DNA from: Edaphobacter aggregans
GTDB taxonomy: Bacteria; Acidobacteriota; Terriglobia; Terriglobales; Acidobacteriaceae
Reading direction: 5' to 3'
Assembly: GCF_003945235.1 (NCBI RefSeq)
Contig: NZ_RSDW01000001.1
Coordinates: 4,200,001-4,232,000, forward strand
Length of the DNA stretch: 32,000 nucleotides
In this document: positions 16,199 to 25,244 of the stretch, piece after piece
How positions within the stretch are numbered: the first letter of the stretch is position 1
Layout of the letters: each line of letters starts with the position of its first letter
Translations under genes and position numbers: made by a program
Notes under the pieces: model-generated
Seen by the model: only the letters and a program-made list of their open reading frames with translations
Database searches by the model: none
Told to the model about the DNA's origin: nothing

Positions 16199-16792
16199 AT
16201 GTCAACCTATGCAGCGATTGCCGGTACCTGCGAAGCGGTAGTCAGGCTGCTCCGTTGCAATTATGACCCAACGAAGTTCAATGGAGCTATGTTGGATTTT
16301 CAGGTTTACGTGGCTAATGACTTCACCACCCCCATGGAAGAGGGCGTGTCAGTGTTTTTGTATCGGATCTACCAGAACGGCACGCACCGAACACCAACAG
16401 GCCGCCTGCTGCCCGATGGCACCAGGCAAGCGACTATGTTGCCCCTCGACCTTCATTTTCTCCTAACCGCGTGGGCTAAGAAGGCCTCGCTGCAAAATGA
16501 AATCGCCGGTTGGATGATGCGTGTAATGGAAGACAATGCAATCCTTCCTGCCAGCATGTTGAATGCTTACCAGCCGAACGTCTTCCGGCCGGATGAGGCA
16601 GTGGATCTGACTTTCACCGAACTTAGCGTGGAAGATATGTTCCGAGTGTGGGAAACCATGATCGGTCACGTTTATCAACTTTCCGTGCCGTACCAGGCGC
16701 GCATGCTCGAGATTGAGTCGTTGGTGTCGATACCGCCCGAAGGCAGGCCGGTACAAGGGCGCACGTCCGATATACGCCTGATCAGCACATAG
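16199..16792 (+). CDS. DUF4255 (Pvc16/Afp16 N-terminal-like) tail terminator/cap protein
   Basis: Family-typical blocks: VSVFLYRIYQNGTHR, LPLDLHFLLTAWA, MRVMEDNAILPASML, FTELSVEDMFRVWETM, QLSVPYQARMLEIES. Confidence 0.8.
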   Translation: MSTYAAIAGTCEAVVRLLRCNYDPTKFNGAMLDFQVYVANDFTTPMEEGVSVFLYRIYQNGTHRTPTGRLLPDGTRQATMLPLDLHFLLTAWAKKASLQNEIAGWMMRVMEDNAILPASMLNAYQPNVFRPDEAVDLTFTELSVEDMFRVWETMIGHVYQLSVPYQARMLEIESLVSIPPEGRPVQGRTSDIRLIST

Positions 16793-16840
16793 CCATCGGT
16801 TCGCAGTGACGTTACGGTTCGAGTCGTTAAGGAACTACTT

Positions 16841-17767
16841 ATGGCATCCACAGGTCCGGGAATCCCGCTGGAGCAAGTCTTTGTATTTACGGTGCTCGGC
16901 ATCCAGTTTTGGGATCAGACATTGGACCAACCGATTACCGATGGTCTCACGGTGACGGCCCAACTGCGGGGCACGGACTATCCGCTGGTGACCGCTTTTC
17001 GCACCGCCTCAGGCGCGTATGCGTTTCAGGGACTCCCATGCCTGCATGACGTCGAATACCCTGTGGGCGGGAGCCAGGTCTCAACCAGCCCGCAAAAGAC
17101 TTTTTCATTTGTAATTACAGTTGCGGATTCTCTCGAGCGATTTCTGCCCACACTTTTTGCGCTGGATCTTCCCTTGGACTATCCGGGCCTCTTCTTGAGC
17201 AATGAAATAGGAAGTCCCGTGGGAATGGGAGCTCGAGCTTATCTGTTTTCGGCGCCAACCCGCGCAGCCGCTGTAGGAATTAGCGTGATTCGGGTCAACC
17301 TTTGGGACCACGACAGGAACCAGGCCGCCGCGTATGCCGCGCTTCAAGTGTCCGTCGGCGGCCAGCAGTGGACAGGTATTGCAGATGGCCAGGGCAGGTC
17401 GCAAGTCCAGTTCCCATCACCCTTGCTGCAGAGTCTCAGTCTCGGCTCTCCGCCTGGCAGCGGACAAGGTCCGACGTCATCCGTAAGCTGGCCTATTCAA
17501 ATAAGAGTGCTATATGAGCCGGCGCAGCTGCGCTTCCTGTTACAAGGTGTGCCGGATGTTGTCTGGCCGAGGAAGAGCACGCCCAGCTTAAAGAGCATTC
17601 TGGACGAGCAGCAGCCGGCTCTGGTCTGGCAGCAGGCAGTTGGACCTCCGGTGCCGGAGTGGACCGGAACACTCAGTTACGGCACGCCGCTTGTTGTGCG
17701 CACTATCTTAAGCGACCCCACGCAGATTTCTTCGGTTCTGATGATTTCACAAAGCACTTCGCCCTAA
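16841..17767 (+). CDS. Hypothetical eCIS-associated protein (308 aa) with two beta-sandwich-like repeats
   Basis: SD AAGGAA is present, and the gene is co-directional within the operon. The two segments GIQFWDQTLDQPITDGLTVTAQLRG..AFRTASGAYAFQGLP and VIRVNLWDHDRNQAAAYAALQVSVGGQQWTGIADGQGRSQVQFP resemble carboxypeptidase-regulatory or transthyretin-like folds. This is inference only. Confidence 0.65.
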   Translation: MASTGPGIPLEQVFVFTVLGIQFWDQTLDQPITDGLTVTAQLRGTDYPLVTAFRTASGAYAFQGLPCLHDVEYPVGGSQVSTSPQKTFSFVITVADSLERFLPTLFALDLPLDYPGLFLSNEIGSPVGMGARAYLFSAPTRAAAVGISVIRVNLWDHDRNQAAAYAALQVSVGGQQWTGIADGQGRSQVQFPSPLLQSLSLGSPPGSGQGPTSSVSWPIQIRVLYEPAQLRFLLQGVPDVVWPRKSTPSLKSILDEQQPALVWQQAVGPPVPEWTGTLSYGTPLVVRTILSDPTQISSVLMISQSTSP

Positions 17768-17782
17768 CAAAGGAGGCATGCC

Positions 17783-19843
17783 ATGCCTGAGTATTTGGCA
17801 CCCGGCGTCTATGTTGAAGAAGTTGAATTCAGTCCCAACAGCATTGGCGGCGCCAGCACCACTATCACGGGTTTCATAGGCCCGACGCTGTTTGGTCCTC
17901 CTTACGGAGTTTCGGAGCTGCTCACCAGTTATGCCGACTTTGAGGCCATTTACGGCGGCCTCGACCCGCTGCAGTTTGAGGACGCCGGCGAGGAAACCAT
18001 TAATTACCTGGCTCAGAACGTACGCGCCTTCTTTCAGAATGGCGGTCAGCAGATCTATGTGGTGCGCACGTTTTCCTCCGTGGCGCGAGGCATGGAGGAA
18101 GAAGAGTCAAGCCAAGTCTATCAACCCTTTGGAACTCAATGCTGCGCTTCGGCGACTATAGCGGACACTGCTTCCGGTTCGCCGGCGGATTCCATTCAGC
18201 TCTTTGCAAGATATCCAGGTAGTATCTGCGGCGACGGTAACTTAACCCTGACCTTCACCGTCTACACCACTAAAAACGTGCTCTCGGGCAAGCCGCACAA
18301 TCCTTTGCTCCCATCAGGTCCCAAGGACCCGGTGTTGCTTGGCGTCAACAACTACGACACCGTCTGGATTCAGCAGAATGAAGGCTCTCCAGCGATGGCG
18401 GCTATTTATTGGGCGGAGAAATATCTCAATCCAGTGACACAGCAATGGGATTGGCAATTTCACGCCGAGGGTGGTGGCGTCCCTCTGCAATTGTCAGCCT
18501 TGCAGCCGGCCCAGACTGGAGTGACGGGCGACGTGGTGCAGGTCGTAACTGTTTCGGTGACAGTGGCTTTTGGCGGCGCTTTCCCGCGCTCAATTTCTTA
18601 CCCCGGCCTCACGTTCCATCCCGCTTCACCCACTTCACTTTCCACCTTTTTTGCACTCAAGCCTAACTCTCGCTCCCAGGCGCTCACTGTGCCTCTAGTG
18701 TTTGATCCGCAGAGTCAGTTCGCAGATGGACCCACGATCGCCAGGATCATGCTCACACAGCCACGAAGCCTACCGGAGATAGGGCGATTGAAGAGGCTTT
18801 TGAATTTCGGCCCGCTCGGTAGCCCCCCGGCCCCGAATCTTGACCTCTCCATTCTCGGCACTCTCGGGTACCCCCAACTTGCTAACACCGACCGCCAGTT
18901 CCAGGTCGCGCTGACCGGCGGACTCGATGGCTTTTGGCCCACCCCGCGGTATTACGAAGGGGATGATTCCGACCCCACCGCAAAGACAGGGCTGAAATCC
19001 TTCGAGGACCTTACCGACATTTCCATTGTCGCCGCGCCCGGTTCGACTGCGGCCAACGAAGACCTGGCCTCTGATCTCGACATGGCCGACAAATTGACAA
19101 TTGCCGGCCTGCTGATCACCCATTGCGAGCAGATGCTTTATCGGGTCGCAGTCCTCGACTCGATCAACGGGCAGGACCTCACCGATGTGGCAGCATACCG
19201 CGGACAGCTGGATTCAAAATACGCTGCACTCTATTACCCGTGGGTTAGGATTGTCGATCCCGTCAGCGAAAACGAAATCAATCTTCCGCCCAGCGGGTTT
19301 GTTGCCGGGCTCTATGTGGCCAACGATATCGCCACCGGCGTGCATAAGGCGCCCGCCAACATGGTGGTCGACTTGGCCATCGGCTTCGAACTGATGCTCA
19401 ACAAGGCCCAACAGGACGTCCTGAATCCGCTGGGGATCAACTGCTTCCGCTTCTTCGAAGGACGCGGTTACCGATTGTGGGGTGCGCGGACGATCAGCTC
19501 CGATTCCCAATGGATGTACGTGAATGTGCGCCGATACTTCTGCTATCTGGAACACTCTATCGATTTGGGAACGCAGTGGGTGGTCTTCGAACCCAACAAC
19601 CAGGCGCTTTGGGCCAGGGTGGCGCAGTCGGCGTCGAGTTTCCTGTACACGGAATGGCAGGCTGGCCACCTGATGGGTACCAAGCCGGAACAGGCCTACT
19701 TTGTGCGCTGCGATCAATCCACCATGACTCAGTACGATCTCGACAACGGACGTTTGATCTGCCTCATTGGTGTGGCCCCCGTCGAGCCGGCCGAATTTGT
19801 GATCTTCCGCATCGGTCAGTGGACGGCCTCACTGACTTCTTAA
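17783..19843 (+). CDS. Contractile tail sheath protein (Afp2-4/Pvc2-4 class)
   Basis: The N-terminus is MPEYLAPGVYVEEVEF..ITGFIGPT. The C-terminal domain has AALYYPWVRIVDP, LPPSGFVAGLYVANDIATGVHKAPAN, INCFRFFEGRGYRLWGARTIS, YVNVRRYFCYLEHSI and EQAYFVRCD..GRLICLIGVAPVEPAEFVIFRIGQW. SD: AAAGGAGG. Confidence 0.95.
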   Translation: MPEYLAPGVYVEEVEFSPNSIGGASTTITGFIGPTLFGPPYGVSELLTSYADFEAIYGGLDPLQFEDAGEETINYLAQNVRAFFQNGGQQIYVVRTFSSVARGMEEEESSQVYQPFGTQCCASATIADTASGSPADSIQLFARYPGSICGDGNLTLTFTVYTTKNVLSGKPHNPLLPSGPKDPVLLGVNNYDTVWIQQNEGSPAMAAIYWAEKYLNPVTQQWDWQFHAEGGGVPLQLSALQPAQTGVTGDVVQVVTVSVTVAFGGAFPRSISYPGLTFHPASPTSLSTFFALKPNSRSQALTVPLVFDPQSQFADGPTIARIMLTQPRSLPEIGRLKRLLNFGPLGSPPAPNLDLSILGTLGYPQLANTDRQFQVALTGGLDGFWPTPRYYEGDDSDPTAKTGLKSFEDLTDISIVAAPGSTAANEDLASDLDMADKLTIAGLLITHCEQMLYRVAVLDSINGQDLTDVAAYRGQLDSKYAALYYPWVRIVDPVSENEINLPPSGFVAGLYVANDIATGVHKAPANMVVDLAIGFELMLNKAQQDVLNPLGINCFRFFEGRGYRLWGARTISSDSQWMYVNVRRYFCYLEHSIDLGTQWVVFEPNNQALWARVAQSASSFLYTEWQAGHLMGTKPEQAYFVRCDQSTMTQYDLDNGRLICLIGVAPVEPAEFVIFRIGQWTASLTS

Positions 19844-19880
19844 ACCATGACTCCAGGGGGAGTCGGAAAGGAAACTTGCT

Positions 19881-20342
19881 ATGGCGGTGCAGCGTGCTCG
19901 TCCTTATAGCCAATTTAATTTCATGGTCCAGATCGGGAATGACAACGGTCAGGGTGTGAATGCTGGGTTTCAGGAAGTGTCCGGTCTGGGAGTCGAGATT
20001 CACGTCGCTGAGTATCGCGCAGGAAACTGGTCGGATAATTCGCCGATCAAGGTGAATGGTTCCTATAAGGTTCCGGATGTCACCCTGAAACGTGGCCTGA
20101 TCGCCGAGTTGACTCTTTTGCATGCCTGGCTCAAGGCCGTCCGCGACGGCGGCAATGATGCCAGCGTTCTGCTGCCGGTGGTTATCAATCTCATGAGCGA
20201 AGACCGAACGACGGCTGTTCAAACCTGGACGTTAACCAATGCGCGTCCCATGAAGTACACGGGCCCCTCACTCACCGGCAAGGGTACCGATGTCGCGATC
20301 GAAGAACTGGTCCTTGCCTCCGAGCACATTGAGATTTCCTGA
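19881..20342 (+). CDS. Contractile tail tube protein (T4 gp19-like / Afp1 class)
   Basis: PYSQFNFMVQI..AGFQEVSGLGVEIHVAEYRAGN..PIKVNGSYKVPDVTLKRGLI..WTLTNARPMKYTGPSLTGKGTDVAIEELVLASEHIEI. This is the typical conserved phage-tail-region tube signature. Confidence 0.9.
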   Translation: MAVQRARPYSQFNFMVQIGNDNGQGVNAGFQEVSGLGVEIHVAEYRAGNWSDNSPIKVNGSYKVPDVTLKRGLIAELTLLHAWLKAVRDGGNDASVLLPVVINLMSEDRTTAVQTWTLTNARPMKYTGPSLTGKGTDVAIEELVLASEHIEIS

Positions 20343-20345
20343 AGA

Positions 20346-23300
20346 GTGATTATGACTACCCGGCTGCCAGGCGTCTATTTCGAAACGGTCGTGCCCCCGA
20401 TTACCAGTACGTTGCCGCGCATGGACATTGCCGCCTTCGTGGGCTTTGCGGCATCGGGGCCGCTCGACGTACCGGTGGTTATCGAAGATGCCGGGCGGTT
20501 TCTGGAAATATACGGTCAAGATCAAACCCTGGCTTGGGATCCCGTTGCAGGAGAGACGGTGTATGCACAATTGCCGCCAACGGTGCGCGCCTTCTTTCGT
20601 AACGGCGGCGAACGGTGCTGGGTAGTGCGCGTTGCAGATGATACGGCGGCAGTTGCAAATGAATTCATGCTGCCTGGCATGCTGCTCGCCAGGTCCGGGC
20701 CGCCTAGTCAGGCCGGCTGGCTGCTCGCTCGTTCTGAAGGCAGCTGGTCCGATGACTACAATGTCAACGCCACCCTGAGCCTTGGGCCTATCCGGGCTGA
20801 CCCTCCGCGGCCCAGCGCAGCCGGTATCTCGGTTGTGCTCTATCCCAATACGGTTACTTCGGTTGCGATCGGCGACTTGTTGCAAATTTCGTTTGATCCT
20901 CCGCCGGCAAGTCCCTCTTCACTCGTCGCTCCGATTCTGTACTTGCCGGTAAGTAAGGTGTCAGCTAAGAGTCTGATCACGGCGTCGGGGGCGGTTGAGC
21001 AGACCATCACCGCCTGCGGTACGGAGGCATATTGGTTTCGGCCCGCGGCCATGGAGGACTTCGCGCAACTCCAATCCAGCCCCGCATCCGGTCAGTTGAA
21101 TCCGACGGTCGAGTGGCTCGTCGTTCCACAGAGTGTTACCTGGCTCACTCAGCCGCAGAATGCCGAACTCTGGATTGCGAGTTGGGGAATTGAGTACGCA
21201 ACCAATCCACCAACTTTCGTTTTGGATGGCCTCCGTTCGCATGCGGAGAACATCCCCCCAGGTTCATGGCTGCTTGCCCAATTCGCTGCTGCCGATTTGC
21301 CAGAAGGAGCGCAACAATTATTGTTGCTGGTAGACAGCGTACGCGGCTCGAAGGCAACGGCGCCGGGTAGTCCTGGTTCTCCTCCGGGTGATCAGGAAAC
21401 CGTCCAGATTGTGGTGAACGAGGCCTGGTGGGTGATGGACGATCAGGTGGGCTGGCTGCAAAATTTGTCTGCCCCGCGCGTGGATGTTGTCACAATGGAA
21501 TTGTGGGTGCGGGACGGCTCCGGCCAGATCATCAGCCTGAGCAACCTCGGCCTCACTCCATTGCACCCGCGCTACATTGGCTATCTGCCGACCGACGAAC
21601 AACTGTACGCGCGATCCGACCAGCCGTTGACGCCGCCCTGGAGCGAGCTTCTGTATGATATAGATCCTCCTCGTTTCGCGCTGGCTGCGCCCAATGATGA
21701 TGCTTCGGCTCCAACCTCAACTGGAGCAAGCGCGCCGTCTTTGCCTTTCTATCTTCCCCTTGGAGTTCCTGGACTGGTAGATCCAAACTTTTACCAGCCC
21801 TCCGTCACGCAAACCGCGCCTGCCCTTCAGCGGGACGGATTAGTGCTGCCGACCGGACAAATCACCGCGAGCCTCTTTCTTGATCCCGATCTTGCGGATG
21901 CTACTGTGGACACTCTGCTAACCCAGGCTTTTCACAAACAGTACCAATTGCAGCGCGGAGATTTCCAGGGACCATCGGGAGAGCCACTCCTCAAAATGCA
22001 TGCCATATTGCCGGTCGACGAGGTGAGTTTGCTGGCCTTACCGGACGCCATGCATCCGGGCTGGCAACCGGCGCCGGTTGCGCCCGGAGGAAGTATCGTC
22101 GCACCCAATCTGATTTCCATTTCCGAGCCCACGCCGCAAGCGCAGATCACCGCGTCGTGGACAGTGGTGGCGGGAGCGACATCCTATACGCTTCAGCAAT
22201 CCAGTGATCCCCGGTTTGCCTCCTCTACCGTGGCCTGGAGTGGAGCCGGTAGCCCTGACCCGTCCAATCCGGGGTTCATTCAAGCCGGGTCGTTTGCCCA
22301 GCCAAGTGGATGTCCCAGCCTAGCGTACTTCCGGGTTTGTGCCAGTTACAGTGGCATTACCGGCCCATGGTCGAACACGGTTAGTCAGACTCTGTCCACT
22401 GAGCCCTTCGCGTCGTGTAATCCCCAGACACCCGACCCGCCCGTACTCGAAATGCTTCCCGAGAGCCGCGGTCGTGTGGCATTGCAGTGGTCGGTTGCAC
22501 ACACCATTGGGAACCTCTATCAGGTGCAGGTTGCGTATGAGCCGGCCTTTGCTTTGCCGGAGATAATTTTTCAGGGGAGCACTACCTACTTTGAGGTCTG
22601 GAGCGATCCCAGCCGCACCGCCTATTTCCGGGTGGGCGCCACCAGCGGAAATGAGACCAGCCCCTGGTCCAACACCGTCGTGGCGCAGTCCGATCAGCAA
22701 TACGATCAGTATTGGATGAACCCGCCGCCGGCTCCCGGCAGCGCGGGCGCTTCTTCGAGCGAGCTCCTGCAGATTCACCAGGCCATGATCCGTTTATGCG
22801 CGGCTCGTGCCGATATGTTCGCATTCCTCGGTCTTCCTCGATCCTACGACGCTTCCACTTGCGTGCTTTACCAAAGCCTCTTGACGACCGCCTTGACCCC
22901 GGAGAATGGACCTACGACGCTCAGCTTTGCCGCCATCTACCACCCGTGGCTGGTGGTGCTGGACTCCGTCGACGAACAGCCAGGGGCGATCCGAAGCGTT
23001 TCGCCCGAGGGAGCGATGGCGGGAATCGCGGCCGCGCTCACCCTCTCGACGGGGGCATGGCTCTCTCCAGGCAATCACTTGCTGCAGGCGGTGGTGGATC
23101 TGGACGCGCAATTGGGCGACCAGACTCCGATGACGTTCTTCAATAATCAGCTCAATCTCGTCATTCAGGAAGCGTTGGGTTTTCTCACCATGAGTTCTTT
23201 TACGCTCAGCTCCTCGTCGCGGCTTTCCGAGATCAACGTGCGCCGCCTCTTGATTCTGCTGCGCCGGCTGGCACTGCGCGAGGGCATGGTGTACGTATTT

Positions 23301-23567
23301 CAACCCAATGACTCGACGTTCTGGCGCAGAGTGCAGCGGCGGTTTGAAGACGTGCTAAGCGATCTCTTCCTCCAGGGAGCTTTTGCCGGCAGCACGCAAA
23401 GCGAAAGCTTCCAGGTAACGACGGACAGCTCCATAAATGCTCTGGAAACCATCTCCCAAGGGCAGTTCATCGTGGACGTAAGTATTGCGCCGTCGCTTCC
23501 CCTCGAATTTCTGACGGTGCGCTTGTTACAAGAGGGTGGGGATCTGACATTAAGCGAGGAGACTTAG
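20346..23567 (+). CDS. Giant sheath paralogue (1073 aa) with large insertions, including two FN3-like domains
   Basis: Sheath-like N-terminus: RLPGVYFETVVPP..DIAAFVGFAASGP..YGQD. Sheath-like C-terminus: AAIYHPWLVV, SPEGAMAGIAAA, LSEINVRRLLILLRRLALREG, FQPNDSTFWRRVQRRFEDVLSDLF, SESFQVTTD..GQFIVDVSIAPSLPLEFLTVRLLQ. Between DEVSLLALPDA and ELLQIHQAMIRL (nt ~22101-22686) lie two ~95-aa repeats: ITASWTVVAGATSYTLQQSS..YFRVCASYSGITGPWSNTV and RVALQWSVAHTIGNLYQVQVAY..YFRVGATSGNETSPWSNTV. The start is either GTG at 20346 or ATG at 20352. Confidence 0.85.
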   Translation: MIMTTRLPGVYFETVVPPITSTLPRMDIAAFVGFAASGPLDVPVVIEDAGRFLEIYGQDQTLAWDPVAGETVYAQLPPTVRAFFRNGGERCWVVRVADDTAAVANEFMLPGMLLARSGPPSQAGWLLARSEGSWSDDYNVNATLSLGPIRADPPRPSAAGISVVLYPNTVTSVAIGDLLQISFDPPPASPSSLVAPILYLPVSKVSAKSLITASGAVEQTITACGTEAYWFRPAAMEDFAQLQSSPASGQLNPTVEWLVVPQSVTWLTQPQNAELWIASWGIEYATNPPTFVLDGLRSHAENIPPGSWLLAQFAAADLPEGAQQLLLLVDSVRGSKATAPGSPGSPPGDQETVQIVVNEAWWVMDDQVGWLQNLSAPRVDVVTMELWVRDGSGQIISLSNLGLTPLHPRYIGYLPTDEQLYARSDQPLTPPWSELLYDIDPPRFALAAPNDDASAPTSTGASAPSLPFYLPLGVPGLVDPNFYQPSVTQTAPALQRDGLVLPTGQITASLFLDPDLADATVDTLLTQAFHKQYQLQRGDFQGPSGEPLLKMHAILPVDEVSLLALPDAMHPGWQPAPVAPGGSIVAPNLISISEPTPQAQITASWTVVAGATSYTLQQSSDPRFASSTVAWSGAGSPDPSNPGFIQAGSFAQPSGCPSLAYFRVCASYSGITGPWSNTVSQTLSTEPFASCNPQTPDPPVLEMLPESRGRVALQWSVAHTIGNLYQVQVAYEPAFALPEIIFQGSTTYFEVWSDPSRTAYFRVGATSGNETSPWSNTVVAQSDQQYDQYWMNPPPAPGSAGASSSELLQIHQAMIRLCAARADMFAFLGLPRSYDASTCVLYQSLLTTALTPENGPTTLSFAAIYHPWLVVLDSVDEQPGAIRSVSPEGAMAGIAAALTLSTGAWLSPGNHLLQAVVDLDAQLGDQTPMTFFNNQLNLVIQEALGFLTMSSFTLSSSSRLSEINVRRLLILLRRLALREGMVYVFQPNDSTFWRRVQRRFEDVLSDLFLQGAFAGSTQSESFQVTTDSSINALETISQGQFIVDVSIAPSLPLEFLTVRLLQEGGDLTLSEET

Positions 23568-23569
23568 TC

Positions 23570-24046
23570 ATGGCGAGCAATGCGATTTCGGCCCGACCCT
23601 TCACGACGTTCAACTTCGTCGTGCTGATCGACGTGGATGGAGTCGCCAATGGCAGCACCCAGGTCTGCGCGGCGTCGTTTTCGGAATGTGATGGCCTGGA
23701 AATGACGCTGGAGCCGAAGACCATTCGCGCAGGAGGAAGAAATTGGGGACCAGTGCATTTGGCAGGTGGAGTCAGCTACGGTCAGCTGGCGCTGAAGAGG
23801 GGAATGACGACCAATCTCGATCTCTGGAAGTGGTTCGAAAAGATGGTCCAGAACGGGCAGACAGGGTATCGCACCTCCGCCACGGTGGTGATCCGCGCAT
23901 CCGACCAATCCGATCTCGCAGTCTTTCAACTTACAGGATGCCTCCCCGTCAAGTTAAAGGCGCCGGCACTGAACGCCAAGGATGGTCTGGTCGCAATCGA
24001 AGAGATGCAAATCGCTTACGAGTCTTTATCGCTGCAGGGGTCATAA
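23570..24046 (+). CDS. Second tail tube protein (Afp5/Pvc5-like paralogue)
   Basis: FTTFNFVVLID..ASFSECDGLEMTLEPKTIRAGGRNWGPVHLAGGVSYGQLALKRGMT..FQLTGCLPVKLKAPALNAKDGLVAIEEMQIAYESLSL. The start lies 2 nt after the preceding stop. Confidence 0.9.
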   Translation: MASNAISARPFTTFNFVVLIDVDGVANGSTQVCAASFSECDGLEMTLEPKTIRAGGRNWGPVHLAGGVSYGQLALKRGMTTNLDLWKWFEKMVQNGQTGYRTSATVVIRASDQSDLAVFQLTGCLPVKLKAPALNAKDGLVAIEEMQIAYESLSLQGS

Positions 24047-24100
24047 GTCCGTCGGGCTCGGGCTCTTGAAGATTGAATCTGCCACAACTGAGGAGCATAG

Positions 24101-25003
24101 ATGCCACAATCCGTCACATTAGAGACCGCGAGATTCCAGGAAGTTTATTGGGATAACCAGGGCAAGGTCAACGTCACCAACGGGGGTAAGAACTTTCAGG
24201 TCCAGTTCAACCCCCAGACGTTGAAGCTGACCTACTCGAATCAGAAGGCGGGTGGAGATCAGCCAAAAGGTTCCTCCACGCAGTTCGTCGGGCGTGGGGT
24301 CACTAAGCTCAGTCTCGAACTCTGGTTTGACGTCGCATTAGCGCAAACACAAAACAAAGCGACTGCCAAGGACGTCCGCCAGCTAACCCAGGAAGTTGTC
24401 TATTTCATGATTCCCAAAGATGCTCCGGCTTCGTCGGCCAAGAAGCAGGCTCCGCCTCCTCCAGGCCTGCAGATCAGCTGGGGTGCGTTTACCTTTGCCG
24501 GCAATATGGATTCGTTGGACGAAACCCTAGATTTCTTCTCCTCTGACGGCTATCCCTTGCGGTCCAGTCTCGCGATCAGTATCACCAGGCAGGAGATCCA
24601 ATATGACGCGACCGCTGCGGCGACGCTGCAGAACCCCCAATCTGCAGGGCTTCAGGAGTACACCCCGGTACAGAGTAAACAGACGTTCCAGCAGATGGCG
24701 GCGAACGCAGGTTCCTCGTCGCTGCCAGGCGCGCCGGGATGGCAGGGGTTGGCGCTGGCCAACGGCATTGAGAATCCGCGCCTCATCGCAGCCGGCGCTT
24801 TAGTGAATGTTTCTGCGGACGTGTCGGTGAGTGCGAGCGCACAGCTAGGCGTGACAGCGCAGACCAGTGGACCGCTCAGCTTGAACCTGGGAACTTCGGG
24901 CACTGCGAGCGGAGGCGTCGCTCTGGGTTTTGTGGGTACGACCATCACCAGCGGTGGATCTGCTGGATTCCAGGCGAGTGCCGGCTTCAGTATCGGTAGC
25001 TGA
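24101..25003 (+). CDS. CIS tube-initiator-type protein with a degenerate LysM-like segment and Gly/Ser/Ala-rich tail (Afp7/Pvc7 class)
   Basis: The N-domain has the characteristic FQVQFNPQTLKLTYSN..KLSLELWFD..LQISWGAFTFAGNMDSLDETLDFFSSDGYPLRSSLAISI. The segment YTPVQSKQTFQQMAANAG..WQGLALANGIENPRLIAAGALVNV follows the LysM spacing pattern but is divergent. SD: GAGGAG. Confidence 0.7.
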   Translation: MPQSVTLETARFQEVYWDNQGKVNVTNGGKNFQVQFNPQTLKLTYSNQKAGGDQPKGSSTQFVGRGVTKLSLELWFDVALAQTQNKATAKDVRQLTQEVVYFMIPKDAPASSAKKQAPPPPGLQISWGAFTFAGNMDSLDETLDFFSSDGYPLRSSLAISITRQEIQYDATAAATLQNPQSAGLQEYTPVQSKQTFQQMAANAGSSSLPGAPGWQGLALANGIENPRLIAAGALVNVSADVSVSASAQLGVTAQTSGPLSLNLGTSGTASGGVALGFVGTTITSGGSAGFQASAGFSIGS

Positions 25004-25048
25004 TAGCGAAGACATTATCGCTCTTGAAAGAACTGCGGAGGACGAGAG

Positions 25049-25219
25049 ATGGCGGTCATCATTAACGAACTCGAAGTGGTGTTGGAAGCACCGGGCGCGC
25101 CCATTACAGCGGCGCCCGTCACAGCTGCGCCGCAACCATCGCAGCAGCTTCAACCTCTTGATCTCAGCGACGTCAGGGCTCGCGAAGCACGTAGCAAGTG
25201 GAGGCTGTTTGCCCACTAA
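25049..25219 (+). CDS. Small conserved-position eCIS ORF (56 aa), absent from the supplied track
   Basis: Hand translation: MAVIINELEVVLEAPGAPITAAPVTAAPQPSQQLQPLDLSDVRAREARSKWRLFAH. It is preceded by GGAGGACGAGAG. It fills the gap between the tube-initiator and gpD-like genes. The hydrophobic 'I-x-E-L-x-V' N-terminus resembles small proteins at this position in other CIS loci (recollection, not verified). Confidence 0.5.
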   Translation: MAVIINELEVVLEAPGAPITAAPVTAAPQPSQQLQPLDLSDVRAREARSKWRLFAH

Positions 25220-25244
25220 GTTTTTTGACTAAGGAAGCAGAACC

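Noticed and set aside
21196-21215. CAACTTTCGTTTTGGATGG inside the giant sheath gene, which resembles an inverted copy of the right-end repeat (CAACTTTCGCCTTATGGGG).
   Set aside because: Only the first 9 nt match well. It is isolated, lies in an uninterrupted coding frame, and has no adjacent ..ACA terminus. This is most likely chance.
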